Assembly (NCBI GenBank): GCA_964437195.1
Contig: CAYTGC010000001.1
Coordinates: forward strand, 9,763 to 73,762
From: an uncultured Myxococcales bacterium
GTDB taxonomy: Bacteria > Myxococcota_A > Polyangia > Palsa-1104 > JAEUJZ01
DNA length: 64,000 nt
Direction of reading: 5' to 3'
Both the position numbers and the translations under genes were made by a program. Shown piece by piece: positions 49,047 through 59,147 of this stretch. The notes beneath the pieces were generated by a model, which saw only the letters and a program-made list of their open reading frames with translations, had not been told where the DNA came from and searched no databases. How positions within the stretch are numbered: position 1 is the stretch's first letter; each line of letters begins with the position of its first letter.

Positions 49047-51329
49047 CTACTTGAAGCGGGGACGGTAGTTGGAAACAGTTAGGTACGGATCCGGCCATCT
49101 CATCGCGAAGCCCTGTTCGGTTGCAGCGTGGCGCGTCCAGTACGGATCGAACAGGTGCGCCCGCGCGAGGAGCGCAAGGTCCGCCCGTCCCGCTGCGATG
49201 ATGCTGTTTGCATCCGAATAGGAGGAGATGTTGCCAACGGCCATGGTCAAGATGCCGACACCGAGCCGAATCTCCTCGGCAAATGGCGTCTGATAGAGCC
49301 GTCCATACTGCGGTCGTCCCTCCGGTGCTGTGCCTCCCGACGACACGTCAACAACATCCACACCCGCCGACTTGAGCATCCGTGCCACCTCGACCGCATC
49401 GCCAGGAAGCAGGCCGCCCGGTGCCCAGTCATGCGCTGAAATGCGCACCGAGATCGGCTTCTCATCGGGCCAAGCCGCGCGCACTGCGGCAAACACCTCG
49501 AGTGGGAAGCGCATCCGGTTTTGCAAACTACCGCCGTATTCATCCTGTCGCAGGTTCGACAATGGAGAGATGAAGCTCGACAAAAGGTACCCGTGCGCCA
49601 TGTGCAGCTCGAGCAGATCGAAGCCAGCCTCGTTCGCCATTTCCGTCGCAGACACGAAGTCGGCGATCACCGATTCCATGTCTTTTTGCGTCATTGCGCG
49701 CGGAATCTGACTGCGCTCATTCCACGGCAGTGCTGACGGGCCGATGATCGGCCAACTCTCACTTTCGGGCAGCGGCTCGTCCTCTCGCACCCACGGCAAA
49801 CACGTACCAGCTTTTCGCCCGGCATGTGCGAGCTGAACGCCGATTTTTGCGTCGCTGTGCTTGTGAACAAAGTCGACGATGCGTCGCCAAGCGGGCACAT
49901 GCTCTGGCTTGTACATTCCAGCGCAGCCCGGCGAGATGCGGCCTTCACGACACACATCCGTCATTTCGCTCATCACAAGGCCCGCGCCGCCAATCGCTCG
50001 GCTGCCCAGGTGAACCATGTGCCAGTCATTGGGCATGCCATCTTCCGCCGAGTACTGACACATCGGAGACACGGCGATGCGGTTCGGAAGGATGAGATCG
50101 CGAATCCGCAGCGGCGTAAACATCGGCGGTGGCGACGGATGCCGCGGCACCTTGATGCCCGATTGCTGTTCAGACTGCGCGGCAACATGATCGTTTACTT
50201 CGGCAATGAAGTTAGGGTCCCGCTGGCGCAGGTTTTCGTGGTTGAGTCGCAACGATCGCGTCAGCAGACTGAAGCCAAACTGCCACGGCTCACAGTCGAC
50301 AAAGCGCTCGCTGTGTTCAAACCATTCGAGAGATGTCTGGGCCGTTCGCTGCAAGCTCTCGACGACAGGACGACGCTCGGCTTCGTACGCCATGAGCGCG
50401 CCCCGGATGTCGCGCCCGCTGCCACGCAGCGCTTTCACGAGCGCAATCACGTCTTCCATCGCCAGCTTGGTTCCCGAGCCGATCGAATAGTGCGCCGTGT
50501 GGACGGCATCACCGAGCAGAACCACGTTCTTGTGGCTCCACTTTCCACAACGCACCGTCGGGAAATTGCGCCACATGCTGCGGTTTTTGCATAGCTTGTG
50601 GCCGAGCAGTCGTGGCGCAAACAGCTTTTCACAATACGCCACCGTCGCGTCTTCATCGGCAGGGTCGAGCCCAGATCGCAAGAACGTCTCGGCAGTACAC
50701 TCGACGATAAAAGTCGACTGCGGTTCGCCCTCGGCAGCATTTTGGGTGTAGCGATAGGCGTGAACGCGCCACAGTCCATGCTCGTTTTCGTCGAAATAGA
50801 ACGTGAAGGCGGGCAGCGGCTGGGTGCTGCCGAGCCATACAAACCGATTGGGTCGCCAGTCGATCTGCGGCGCGAACGTATCGGCAAATCGCGCGCGAAC
50901 TACGCTATTCAGACCGTCGGAACCAACCACCAGATCGGCATCGAGATAGGAATCGACATCGCCCGACTGGATCTCTTTCTCGAACTGAATCTCGACGCCA
51001 AGCTCGATCGCCCGCTGCTGAAGCACGCGCAGAAGATCGTGCCGCCCGAGCCCCGCAAAGCCGTGTCCACACGAGCGGATCACATGGTCGCGATGGAAGA
51101 TGTCGATGTTGTCCCAGTGATAAAAGGCCCGCTCGATCGCATCGTAGCTCTCGGCGTCCTCGTCCCGCAGATGCGACAGCGTCTGGTCGGAAAACACCAC
51201 GCCAAACCCGAACGTATCGGTCGGTCGGTTGCGTTCGACGACGGTGATGCGATGGCTCTTGTCGGCCTTCTTCATCAGGATCGCCAGATACAAACCTGCT
51301 GGGCCACCACCTAGACAGACAATGTTCAT
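49047..51329 (-). CDS. Bifunctional flavoprotein: FAD monooxygenase domain plus Old-Yellow-Enzyme-type domain (salicylyl-CoA 5-hydroxylase/oxidoreductase-like)
   Basis: The N-terminal motif is [10 protein letters not shown]. The C-terminal half has OYE blocks ([17 protein letters not shown]). 760 aa. Confidence 0.75.
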   Translation of the reverse strand: MNIVCLGGGPAGLYLAILMKKADKSHRITVVERNRPTDTFGFGVVFSDQTLSHLRDEDAESYDAIERAFYHWDNIDIFHRDHVIRSCGHGFAGLGRHDLLRVLQQRAIELGVEIQFEKEIQSGDVDSYLDADLVVGSDGLNSVVRARFADTFAPQIDWRPNRFVWLGSTQPLPAFTFYFDENEHGLWRVHAYRYTQNAAEGEPQSTFIVECTAETFLRSGLDPADEDATVAYCEKLFAPRLLGHKLCKNRSMWRNFPTVRCGKWSHKNVVLLGDAVHTAHYSIGSGTKLAMEDVIALVKALRGSGRDIRGALMAYEAERRPVVESLQRTAQTSLEWFEHSERFVDCEPWQFGFSLLTRSLRLNHENLRQRDPNFIAEVNDHVAAQSEQQSGIKVPRHPSPPPMFTPLRIRDLILPNRIAVSPMCQYSAEDGMPNDWHMVHLGSRAIGGAGLVMSEMTDVCREGRISPGCAGMYKPEHVPAWRRIVDFVHKHSDAKIGVQLAHAGRKAGTCLPWVREDEPLPESESWPIIGPSALPWNERSQIPRAMTQKDMESVIADFVSATEMANEAGFDLLELHMAHGYLLSSFISPLSNLRQDEYGGSLQNRMRFPLEVFAAVRAAWPDEKPISVRISAHDWAPGGLLPGDAVEVARMLKSAGVDVVDVSSGGTAPEGRPQYGRLYQTPFAEEIRLGVGILTMAVGNISSYSDANSIIAAGRADLALLARAHLFDPYWTRHAATEQGFAMRWPDPYLTVSNYRPRFK

Positions 51330-51404
51330 GGGTCACTAACTATCACTCGTTTGCGCAAAGGTCTATGCGTGTGGTCCGACGGAGCTTGTATACTCGGGCG
51401 CACA

Positions 51405-52751
51405 ATGAAAGCTCACACTGCGGAAGGCTCTGGTCGGCGGTTTGTGGTGATTGGCGGGGGTGTGACCGGTTGTGTTCTCGCTGAGCGGATCAAGCAGTCG
51501 AGTCCGCAGAGCCAGGTGACACTGCTCGAGGCGTCATCGACGCTCGGCGGTCTGTCTGTTCGCAGCGAGCCGGACCCCATTGGCTGGGATCGCTTCTACC
51601 ACGTCGTCACTCCGCAAGACGTCTTGCTCATCGACTGGCTGCGACGGCTCGGCTGTGCTGATCGGCTGCGCTGGCGAGGCGCGCACACCGGCTTTTTTGC
51701 AGGTGGAAAGCTTCATTCCTTTGATACGCCGATCGACTTTTTGCGCTTCCCTCCGCTCAATCTGTTTGAAAAAAGTCGACTGGCGGCGAGCATTCTCTAT
51801 GCGTCGCGGGTGAGTGATGCCACGCCGCTGTGGAACGTGACGGCACAGAAGTGGCTGACGCAGATCGCCGGGGAAAACGTATACCGCAAGTTCTGGGAAC
51901 CCCTTTTGCGCGCCAAGCTGGGAAGCGCGCACCAAGACGTCGCAGCGACGTTTATCTGGTCGACGATCCGACGGCTGTATGCAACGCGACAAGGCGAAGG
52001 ACGAAGAGAAGCCTTTGGGTACATTTCAGGTGGCTATGCGCCGGTTTTTTCCGTGGCAGAGCAGTATCTGGCTCGACTCGGGATCGCCGTACACAAGTCG
52101 GCTGCGGTCGAGAAACTGCGCGATGCGGAAGATGGCAGCATCATTGTCCGAACCCGCGACGGCCAAGAAATCAGCGCCGATCGAGTGGTTTACACCGGAC
52201 CATCGCGGTTTTTGCCGAAGCTGTGCAGCGGAATGCAAGTCCCACAAGCGCTTCTCGATCGGGCCGAAAAGATTCGTTACCTCGGTGTGCTGTGCCTTGC
52301 TCTCAAGCTGCTGCGTCCGCTTTTGCCGTACTACATTCTCAACTTGACCGACGAGGGAATGCCGTTCACAGGCGTCATCGGACTGACGACCCTCGTTGAC
52401 CCGATTGAGACGGGCGGGCACCACCTGGTCTACTTGCCTCGCTATCTTCCCGACGATGATCCCGATTTTGACAGACCGGATGAGGCCTTCTTGGAACCAT
52501 TTTTGACCGCGCTGACGCACATCACCAAGACGCGGGGTTTCCGTCGCGACGAGATCCTTCACGCGCAAATGTTCCGGGCCAGATTCGTGAGCCCAATCGC
52601 GGTTTGTGGTTACGATCGGTTGCGGCTGCCTATTCCGCTTGTGCCAAAAAGGCTGTACCTGCTAAACACCGGGCGAATTTTGGGCGGCACGCTCAACAAC
52701 AGCCAAATGATCGAGGAAGCCGAGCGCGGACTCGACGAGATCTTGGCCTAG
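51405..52751 (+). CDS. NAD(P)/FAD-dependent oxidoreductase (amine-oxidase/phytoene-desaturase-like fold)
   Basis: Dinucleotide motif VVIGGGVTGC followed by LLEASSTLGG. The substrate is unknown. Confidence 0.6.
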   Translation: MKAHTAEGSGRRFVVIGGGVTGCVLAERIKQSSPQSQVTLLEASSTLGGLSVRSEPDPIGWDRFYHVVTPQDVLLIDWLRRLGCADRLRWRGAHTGFFAGGKLHSFDTPIDFLRFPPLNLFEKSRLAASILYASRVSDATPLWNVTAQKWLTQIAGENVYRKFWEPLLRAKLGSAHQDVAATFIWSTIRRLYATRQGEGRREAFGYISGGYAPVFSVAEQYLARLGIAVHKSAAVEKLRDAEDGSIIVRTRDGQEISADRVVYTGPSRFLPKLCSGMQVPQALLDRAEKIRYLGVLCLALKLLRPLLPYYILNLTDEGMPFTGVIGLTTLVDPIETGGHHLVYLPRYLPDDDPDFDRPDEAFLEPFLTALTHITKTRGFRRDEILHAQMFRARFVSPIAVCGYDRLRLPIPLVPKRLYLLNTGRILGGTLNNSQMIEEAERGLDEILA

Positions 52752-52777
52752 CGGCCCCAAAGACGTATGCCGAAACC

Positions 52778-53977
52778 ATGACCGCGACGAAGGACCGAAC
52801 AAGCAGCGAAGGAGCCCTCGCTGACGTCATCAGCCGCAAGCGAATTGTGCTGGTTGTCGGTTCTGGCGGCGTCGGAAAGACCACGACTTCAGCGACGCTG
52901 GGACTGCTGGCTGCGCTGCGTGGGCGACGGGTGCTCGTGCTGACCATCGATCCGGCGCGGCGGCTCGCCGATGCGCTTTCTGTGTCATCGCTGAGCCACG
53001 AAATTCAGAAAGTTCCAGAAGAACGACTGCGCATCCTCGCTGCAGCGAGAGGAGAAAAGCCGGTTCCTGGTGGCGTTCTCGACGCGATGATGCTTGATCA
53101 AAAGCGAGCCTTCGACGATCTGGTGACTCGTTATGCCACCGATACGAAGCTGCGCGATCGCGTCCTGCGCAACCAGATTTACCAGCAGATCTCGTCGGCG
53201 CTGGCGGGCTCGCACGAGTACGCGGCGATGTCTCGGCTGTATGAGCTGTCGCAGCTTGACCGCTACGACTTGCTGGTGATGGACACGCCACCAACGGAAA
53301 ATGCGATTGATTTCCTCGACGCGCCGGACAAGATGGCCAAAGCGGTCGATTCCGAGACGATCCAGTGGATCGTGAAGCCGTATTTGCAGCAAGCCGGGAG
53401 CCTGTCGCTGCGGCTGCTCGGCATGGGCGGCACGATTGTGCTCAAAGGGCTGGCACGGTTTCTGGGATCGGCGTTTCTGTCGCAGGTGGCCGAGTTTTTT
53501 GTCGAATTTCAGCAAGTGCTCGCCGGTTTCCGTGAGCGTGCCCAGAAAGTCACCGAGCTGATGCAAAAGCCCGAAGTGACCTTCCTTCTCGCGTGTAGCC
53601 CCGAGCCGCTTAGCATCGACGAAGCCATGTATTTTCACGACCGGCTCTTGCGCGCCAAGCTGTCGATTGGCGGTTGCATCGTCAATCGCGTCCACAACCA
53701 TGCGCCCGAAGTGCCAGCCGACCTGGTTCCGATCCTACATGGCCGCCCCGAGCTATCGGGTTTCGCCGAGGATGATCTGGCCGATCTGGCCGGGCAGCTC
53801 GCGCGGACCTACGCAGAACAGCGAGTGCTCGCAGCAACGGACGAAGCATCGATTCGACGGCTTTCGGAAAAACTCAAGCTGCCGATGTGCCAGATTCCTC
53901 TCTTGGAACAAGACGTTCACGATGCCGCAAGCATCGCCGCCATCAGCCGACATCTGATCGCACCGACGGCTCAGTGA
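52778..53977 (+). CDS. ArsA/Get3-family P-loop ATPase (single domain)
   Basis: Deviant Walker A VVGSGGVGKTTTSA. The switch region is VMDTPPTENAIDFL. ~399 aa from the ATG at 52778. Confidence 0.7.
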   Translation: MTATKDRTSSEGALADVISRKRIVLVVGSGGVGKTTTSATLGLLAALRGRRVLVLTIDPARRLADALSVSSLSHEIQKVPEERLRILAAARGEKPVPGGVLDAMMLDQKRAFDDLVTRYATDTKLRDRVLRNQIYQQISSALAGSHEYAAMSRLYELSQLDRYDLLVMDTPPTENAIDFLDAPDKMAKAVDSETIQWIVKPYLQQAGSLSLRLLGMGGTIVLKGLARFLGSAFLSQVAEFFVEFQQVLAGFRERAQKVTELMQKPEVTFLLACSPEPLSIDEAMYFHDRLLRAKLSIGGCIVNRVHNHAPEVPADLVPILHGRPELSGFAEDDLADLAGQLARTYAEQRVLAATDEASIRRLSEKLKLPMCQIPLLEQDVHDAASIAAISRHLIAPTAQ

Positions 53978-54050
53978 CACCAAGAAATCTGTCACCCCGA
54001 CGGAAGGCCACTTTTGATTGCAGCCGGGGAATGCGAGACACTAGGAAGCA

Positions 54051-54437
54051 ATGCACGATCTTCGGCTGTATTTCCCAGGTCAGCTCCCGTGGCTTGCACA
54101 AGCGGTGGAGGAAACCGGACTGACCGGGCCGCTCACGTACGACAGCGAGAGTCTGTTTGAGTGGTGCGAAGGTGAAGCGCTCGATCTGCCGGTGCGGATC
54201 AACCTCACCCGGGCGCAGCGCAGCGGCGAGATGAACATCGAAGCGCCGGTGTTCGTGCGGCTGTTTACCCGTTTTGACGAGCCGGTCGAGAAAAAAGCCG
54301 TTGACGCATTCGTCGCCAAGCTCGCGGACAAACTGAGCGAAACCGCGCACACCGACATCGACATTGGCGCAATGAGCTATGAAGGCGGCGAAGAGTTTGC
54401 GTTTGCGGTGGATTCGACGCTGGCGGGAAAGAAGTAG
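54051..54437 (+). CDS. Hypothetical acidic protein
   Basis: 128-aa ORF with an AGGAAG RBS. I recognise no family. Confidence 0.4.
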   Translation: MHDLRLYFPGQLPWLAQAVEETGLTGPLTYDSESLFEWCEGEALDLPVRINLTRAQRSGEMNIEAPVFVRLFTRFDEPVEKKAVDAFVAKLADKLSETAHTDIDIGAMSYEGGEEFAFAVDSTLAGKK

Positions 54438-54475
54438 GCCTGGCTCTCTCAGGCAGAGCCGCACAAGTGCTGAGG

Positions 54476-54877
54476 CTAGACCGAGAAGCTCGATCCGCAG
54501 CCGCAGGTGGACTTGACGTTCGGGTTGTGGAACTTGAAACCGGCGCCCTGGAGGCCTTCGACGTAATCGATCTCAGTGCCACGCAGGTACTGAAGGCTCA
54601 TTTGGTCGACAATGATGGTCACGCCGTTTGAAACAAGGCGCTTGTCCATCGGCGTGGCGGTGTCAAAGTACAAGTCGTATGAGAATCCAGAGCAGCCGCC
54701 GCCGACGATTCGCACGCGAAGGAACATCGCTTCTTCGATGGCCTCTTGGTTGCGAATTTCTTGAACCTTTTCGGCGGCAACTTGAGAAAGTGAGATGGGA
54801 GACGTCGCAGCAGCCGGTGCAGGCGCAGGCTCAGGCGCGGCGTCGGGCTTGCGGATGTTGGTGGTGATCACGGACAT
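54476..54877 (-). CDS. Fe-S cluster insertion protein, HesB/IscA/ErpA family
   Basis: GGCSGFSY and C-terminal CGCGSSFSV motifs. GGAGGA RBS before the ATG at 54877. Confidence 0.85.
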   Translation of the reverse strand: MSVITTNIRKPDAAPEPAPAPAAATSPISLSQVAAEKVQEIRNQEAIEEAMFLRVRIVGGGCSGFSYDLYFDTATPMDKRLVSNGVTIIVDQMSLQYLRGTEIDYVEGLQGAGFKFHNPNVKSTCGCGSSFSV

Positions 54878-55062
54878 TGTTTCCTCCACGGATTCGGTAC
54901 TGGCTGCTCGGCAGTGATGTCTCCGCTCAGCCAGCGTATTGGTCTAGCGTCTACAGATATTTTGCTGCCGCCACTTTTGCACATCGGTAACAATTGGTCG
55001 CCGAAACCTGCATGGCGGTTGCTTCTTATCTGCGAAAACCGCCCACACGTCTACAACAAAAG

Positions 55063-55077
55063 CTAACGTAACGTTAG
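55063..55077. promoter_or_regulatory. 7-1-7 perfect inverted repeat CTAACGTaACGTTAG in a divergent intergenic region
   Basis: Read directly from the sequence. It lies 41 nt upstream of the rhodanese-MoeB start and 186 nt from the IscA-like start. Confidence 0.3.
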
Positions 55078-55117
55078 ATTATTGCCAGCAAGCCACAGCG
55101 TCAAGAAGCGAAACCGA

Positions 55118-56275
55118 ATGCCGAACTATCAAGAGTATCTGCGCCAAGTTCGGTCGCAGATTCGTGAACTGTCCGTCGAAGAATTTCAGCAGCAGCGAAC
55201 GCAAAAGCCAAGCTCGATCGTCTTAGATGTGCGCGAACCAGACGAGCACCAGCAAGGCGTCATTCCCGGTGCAGTTCTCGTCCCGCGCGGTCTTCTTGAG
55301 GGGCGAATTGAAAACCTGGCGCCCGATTCCACCGCTCCCGTGGTGATTTACTGCCAAGGTGGGCATCGCTCGGCGCTAGCGGCCCAGAGCCTGCTGGCAA
55401 TGGGCTATCAGGACGTCTGGTCACTCGCGGGAGGCTTCACGGCCTGGCGGGCTGCCGGTGGACCGATCGAGAAACCACAAGTGGTTTCCGCCGAGCAGCG
55501 CAACCGCTATTCCCGGCACATTCTGCTCCCCGAAGTCGGGGAAAAAGGCCAGTCCAAGCTTCTCAAAAGTCGCGTGCTGCTTCTCGGGGCGGGCGGACTT
55601 GGCTCACCGTCGGCTTACTATCTTGCGGCAGCGGGCGTCGGAACGCTTGGGATCATCGACAACGACGTCGTCGATGAATCAAACCTCCAGCGTCAGATCT
55701 TGCACAACACCCGTCGAGTCGGTCGACCGAAAGTCGAATCCGCAGATGAGACACTGCGGGCGCTCAACCCCGACATCACGGTGATCGGTCACCCGGTGCG
55801 ACTCAGCGAGCACAACGCACTCGATCTGCTGCAGGGCTACGACCTGATCATCGATGGCGCGGACAACTTCCCGACGCGCTATTTGCTCAACGATGCTTCG
55901 GTGAAGCTGCGCGTGCCGGTCATCCACGCATCGATCTACCGATTTGAAGGACAAATTACGACTTTTTCTCCATTTAAAGGCCCCTGTTACCGCTGCCTGT
56001 TCCCGGAACCACCGCCCCCGGAGCTGGCTCCGTCATGTCAGGAGGCTGGAGTTCTTGGTGTGCTCCCCGGGGTGATCGGCGTTCTGCAAGCCACCGAGGC
56101 CATCAAACTGCTGCTCGGGCTGGGCGACTCTCTCATCGGGCGGCTCCTCCTGTACGACGCGCTTTCGGCGTCGATCCGAGAGGTCAAGCTTCGGCGCGAT
56201 CCCGACTGCCCGATCTGCAGCGACCCCGAAAAGCCAATCCAGCTTATCGATTACAAGCAATTCTGCGCACGGTAA
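55118..56275 (+). CDS. ThiF/MoeB-type adenylyltransferase with an N-terminal rhodanese domain
   Basis: The rhodanese active-site loop is YCQGGHRS. The ThiF nucleotide motif is LLGAGGLGSP. Two CxxC pairs are present (CYRC, CPIC). Confidence 0.8.
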   Translation: MPNYQEYLRQVRSQIRELSVEEFQQQRTQKPSSIVLDVREPDEHQQGVIPGAVLVPRGLLEGRIENLAPDSTAPVVIYCQGGHRSALAAQSLLAMGYQDVWSLAGGFTAWRAAGGPIEKPQVVSAEQRNRYSRHILLPEVGEKGQSKLLKSRVLLLGAGGLGSPSAYYLAAAGVGTLGIIDNDVVDESNLQRQILHNTRRVGRPKVESADETLRALNPDITVIGHPVRLSEHNALDLLQGYDLIIDGADNFPTRYLLNDASVKLRVPVIHASIYRFEGQITTFSPFKGPCYRCLFPEPPPPELAPSCQEAGVLGVLPGVIGVLQATEAIKLLLGLGDSLIGRLLLYDALSASIREVKLRRDPDCPICSDPEKPIQLIDYKQFCAR

Positions 56276-56355
56276 GCCATCCACGCTCCTAGATTTTGTA
56301 GTTCTAACAACGGTTTTGCTCGGGAGACTAGAGCAAATCGGCTATCTTAGTCTGG

Positions 56356-58512
56356 ATGGATCAGGCCGAATCGCCGGCAGCAGCCGGTCCCGAGACGAGT
56401 GATGCAGCCAAGCGGCTCGTAGGCACGACGGTAGGCGGACGCTACAAGGTCGTGTCTCTCCTCGGTGAAGGTGGAATGGGAGCCGTTTATCTCGTCGAGC
56501 ACGCGCTGATGCGAAAGCGGATGGCGCTCAAAGTGCTCAACTCCGAGCTATCGAAAAATCGCGAGATGGTGGCGCGCTTCGAGCGCGAAGCGATGGCCGC
56601 GGCTCACCTTGAGCATCCAAACGTCGTCGCTGCAACCGATCTGGGGACGACCGATGAAGGGTCACTGTTCCTGGTCCTCGAGTTCATCGACGGAAAATCG
56701 CTGCGCGATCAGCTCAACTTTGGGCCGCTAGGCGCCGCCAGAGTGATCCACATTGCGCGGCAGGTGGCTTCGGCGCTCCAGCGTGCGCACTCCGTCGGTA
56801 TCGTGCACCGCGACCTGAAGCCCGAGAACATCATGATCATGAATCGGGACGGTGATCCCGATTTTGTGAAGGTGCTCGATTTCGGTCTGGCGAAGATTCG
56901 CATCGAAGCGCTCGTCGAGGACGTCAGTCAGCGTTCCGAGACGCTCACCAAGTACGGGACGATCTTCGGCACGCCAGCCTATATGGCGCCCGAACAAGCC
57001 GCCGGTGGAGAGGTTGACGGACGCACCGATCTGTACGCGCTCGGCGTCGTGATGTACGAGCTCCTGACCGGTTGGGTGCCGTTTGATGCCGAGGACCCGG
57101 CGGTGATTTTGCGACAGCAGATCCTAGCACCAGTTCCGTCGATGGGACAAAAAGCTCCGTCGGTGAAGGTGCCAGCGGCTCTCGAAGCAATGGTGATGAA
57201 GTTGCTGGAGAAAAATCCAGACAACCGACACAAGGATGCACGAGCGCTGCTCGACGCACTGGGCGAGTTAGCGATCGCAGAAGGTCTTCGCTACGAGCCA
57301 TCGACGCCAATTGGCCGACTGAACATTCCCAACTCCGGCGTGCGCGATCTTGACAGCCGTCCGACGGTGATGGGAGACAAAGATTACCCACATCATGCCG
57401 CGGCAAGCGGTGGTGAGTCCGTCGCTCAGATTGAAATTGTGAACCCAAGTGCGGTCAAGATTCCGCCCAGCAGCGGCACACCGGCCCCCAGGGCCACCGG
57501 GCAGACGCCTGCTGCCAAAGTTGGCAACAGCAGCGGCAAAAATACGCCGATTGCACCGGGAAAAGACGGCCAGGCTGAAGCAAATCGCGCTGTCGGACAC
57601 GCCGCAACGGTACCGGCCATGGCATCGTCGAGCAACGAGAGCCAGCCGGTCCAAGCCGCAAGTACCGCCCCATCCAAAGCCGCGCAAGTCCTGGCCACGC
57701 TCGGCCCCAAGTGGTCGCAGCTGCTGGCTTTCGTCCGCGGCAAGCTGCCCGAAAAACACCGTGGGATTTCACAGTGGGCACTGGGTACCGCAGTCGCAGC
57801 GGTTCTGCTTCTGCCGGTCTTTTTCTTCTTCGGTTTGGTGCTGGGTGGCGACGAAGAGAGCGAGTCCACCCCCGTCGGAATGATTGGCTATGCCAGCGAT
57901 GCGGACATGCAAAAGGCCGTCGAGAAAGGGCCGTCCGCTCTTCTGAAGCTACGGAACAAGTATCCCAATGATTCGCGGGCCCACCGAGCACTCGTGAAGG
58001 CGTACGGGAAAGCAGGCGAGCTGAGCTCGGCGCTCCAGGCGATTGCGCCGCTGCTCACAGTCGATCCCGCAGCCGCATACGATGACCAGATCCTGAAGCT
58101 CGTCGCCGATGCTGCGCTTCAACCGCAAACGTCCGAGCAAGCGGTGCAGCTTCTCGAGCAAAAGATGGGTGAGTACGGCGTCGACATGCTGATCGAGTTG
58201 GCCGATCGCACGACGATGGAACCCTATCGTTCGCGTCTTGCCGTCAGCTTGGGCAAGGAAACGGTGCGCAAGCTGGCTTCGCCTGATGGTCTGATGGTGC
58301 TGGATCTGCGCAACGCCGCGACGTGCGAGGCCAAGCGTGCTCTGCTTCCGAAAGCGGGCAAGCAAGGCGGCAAGCGGACGCTTGAAACGCTGATCAGGCT
58401 GCAAAGCCCGACGGGCTGTGGTCCCGGTGCACAGACCGACTGCTGGCCGTGTCTGCGCAAAGGACCAGCGCTCCAGGCTGCGATCGGCGAGATTCAGAAG
58501 CGCGGTGTCTAG
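56356..58512 (+). CDS. Membrane-anchored Hanks-type Ser/Thr protein kinase
   Basis: Kinase motifs GEGGMGAVY, ALK, HRDLKPEN, DFG and APE. The linker is Pro/Ala-rich. One TM segment. The C-terminal domain is helical with Cys pairs. Confidence 0.88.
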   Translation: MDQAESPAAAGPETSDAAKRLVGTTVGGRYKVVSLLGEGGMGAVYLVEHALMRKRMALKVLNSELSKNREMVARFEREAMAAAHLEHPNVVAATDLGTTDEGSLFLVLEFIDGKSLRDQLNFGPLGAARVIHIARQVASALQRAHSVGIVHRDLKPENIMIMNRDGDPDFVKVLDFGLAKIRIEALVEDVSQRSETLTKYGTIFGTPAYMAPEQAAGGEVDGRTDLYALGVVMYELLTGWVPFDAEDPAVILRQQILAPVPSMGQKAPSVKVPAALEAMVMKLLEKNPDNRHKDARALLDALGELAIAEGLRYEPSTPIGRLNIPNSGVRDLDSRPTVMGDKDYPHHAAASGGESVAQIEIVNPSAVKIPPSSGTPAPRATGQTPAAKVGNSSGKNTPIAPGKDGQAEANRAVGHAATVPAMASSSNESQPVQAASTAPSKAAQVLATLGPKWSQLLAFVRGKLPEKHRGISQWALGTAVAAVLLLPVFFFFGLVLGGDEESESTPVGMIGYASDADMQKAVEKGPSALLKLRNKYPNDSRAHRALVKAYGKAGELSSALQAIAPLLTVDPAAAYDDQILKLVADAALQPQTSEQAVQLLEQKMGEYGVDMLIELADRTTMEPYRSRLAVSLGKETVRKLASPDGLMVLDLRNAATCEAKRALLPKAGKQGGKRTLETLIRLQSPTGCGPGAQTDCWPCLRKGPALQAAIGEIQKRGV

Positions 58513-58542
58513 GCCGCGTTCCGTCGCCGCTTGCGAAACCGA

Positions 58543-59016
58543 TCAGAAGAGGTCCGTTAGCTCGCTTCGCGGCCGCGGTCTGCGATAGGGCGCGATGGTA
58601 GATGTGACCTCGACTTTCAGAACGCATGCAGTGGCACCCCGCGGGGTCGAAAAGTCGGTGCTCGGAACGGAAAGCGCGCCCAGCACACTTCGCATGCAGA
58701 CGATCTGTGACGCAGCAAATCCCTTGCTACCAGCCTGCGACTCGCAGTGCTTTACCTTTCCCTCATTGGCAAATGAGCAGTGAAGCAGGGCGCGGCCCGA
58801 TACGCGCTGTTCGCGCGCACAGGAATACAGCTCGTCGTACTTCGCATCTACGGCCTTCGTGAGCGAGTCCATGGGACAGTTTGGTGCGGCGATCGTCTTC
58901 ACAGCGATCTGTGGTCGCGGAGCCAAGTCTGCCCATGTGGACCCAGAAACCAGGACCCAGACCCCAGCGAGCGCCGTCCCAATCGGCCACCTAAGCGCTG
59001 TCTTCGATTTGTGCAT
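58543..59016 (-). CDS. Hypothetical secreted protein
   Basis: The Met at 59016 gives a signal peptide ending STWA. Six Cys residues. I recognise no family. Confidence 0.4.
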   Translation of the reverse strand: MHKSKTALRWPIGTALAGVWVLVSGSTWADLAPRPQIAVKTIAAPNCPMDSLTKAVDAKYDELYSCAREQRVSGRALLHCSFANEGKVKHCESQAGSKGFAASQIVCMRSVLGALSVPSTDFSTPRGATACVLKVEVTSTIAPYRRPRPRSELTDLF

Positions 59017-59147
59017 TTGATGATGGTAGCGCAGCCGAGTCACGCTCGTCTACGCGACGGTCCAAGCGCGGAAATAAGAGGACTTTTACATGCCTCTTAT
59101 TTGTCGATTTCAGAAGGGAGTGTCGGACCAGCGCATCGTCTGTGCGA

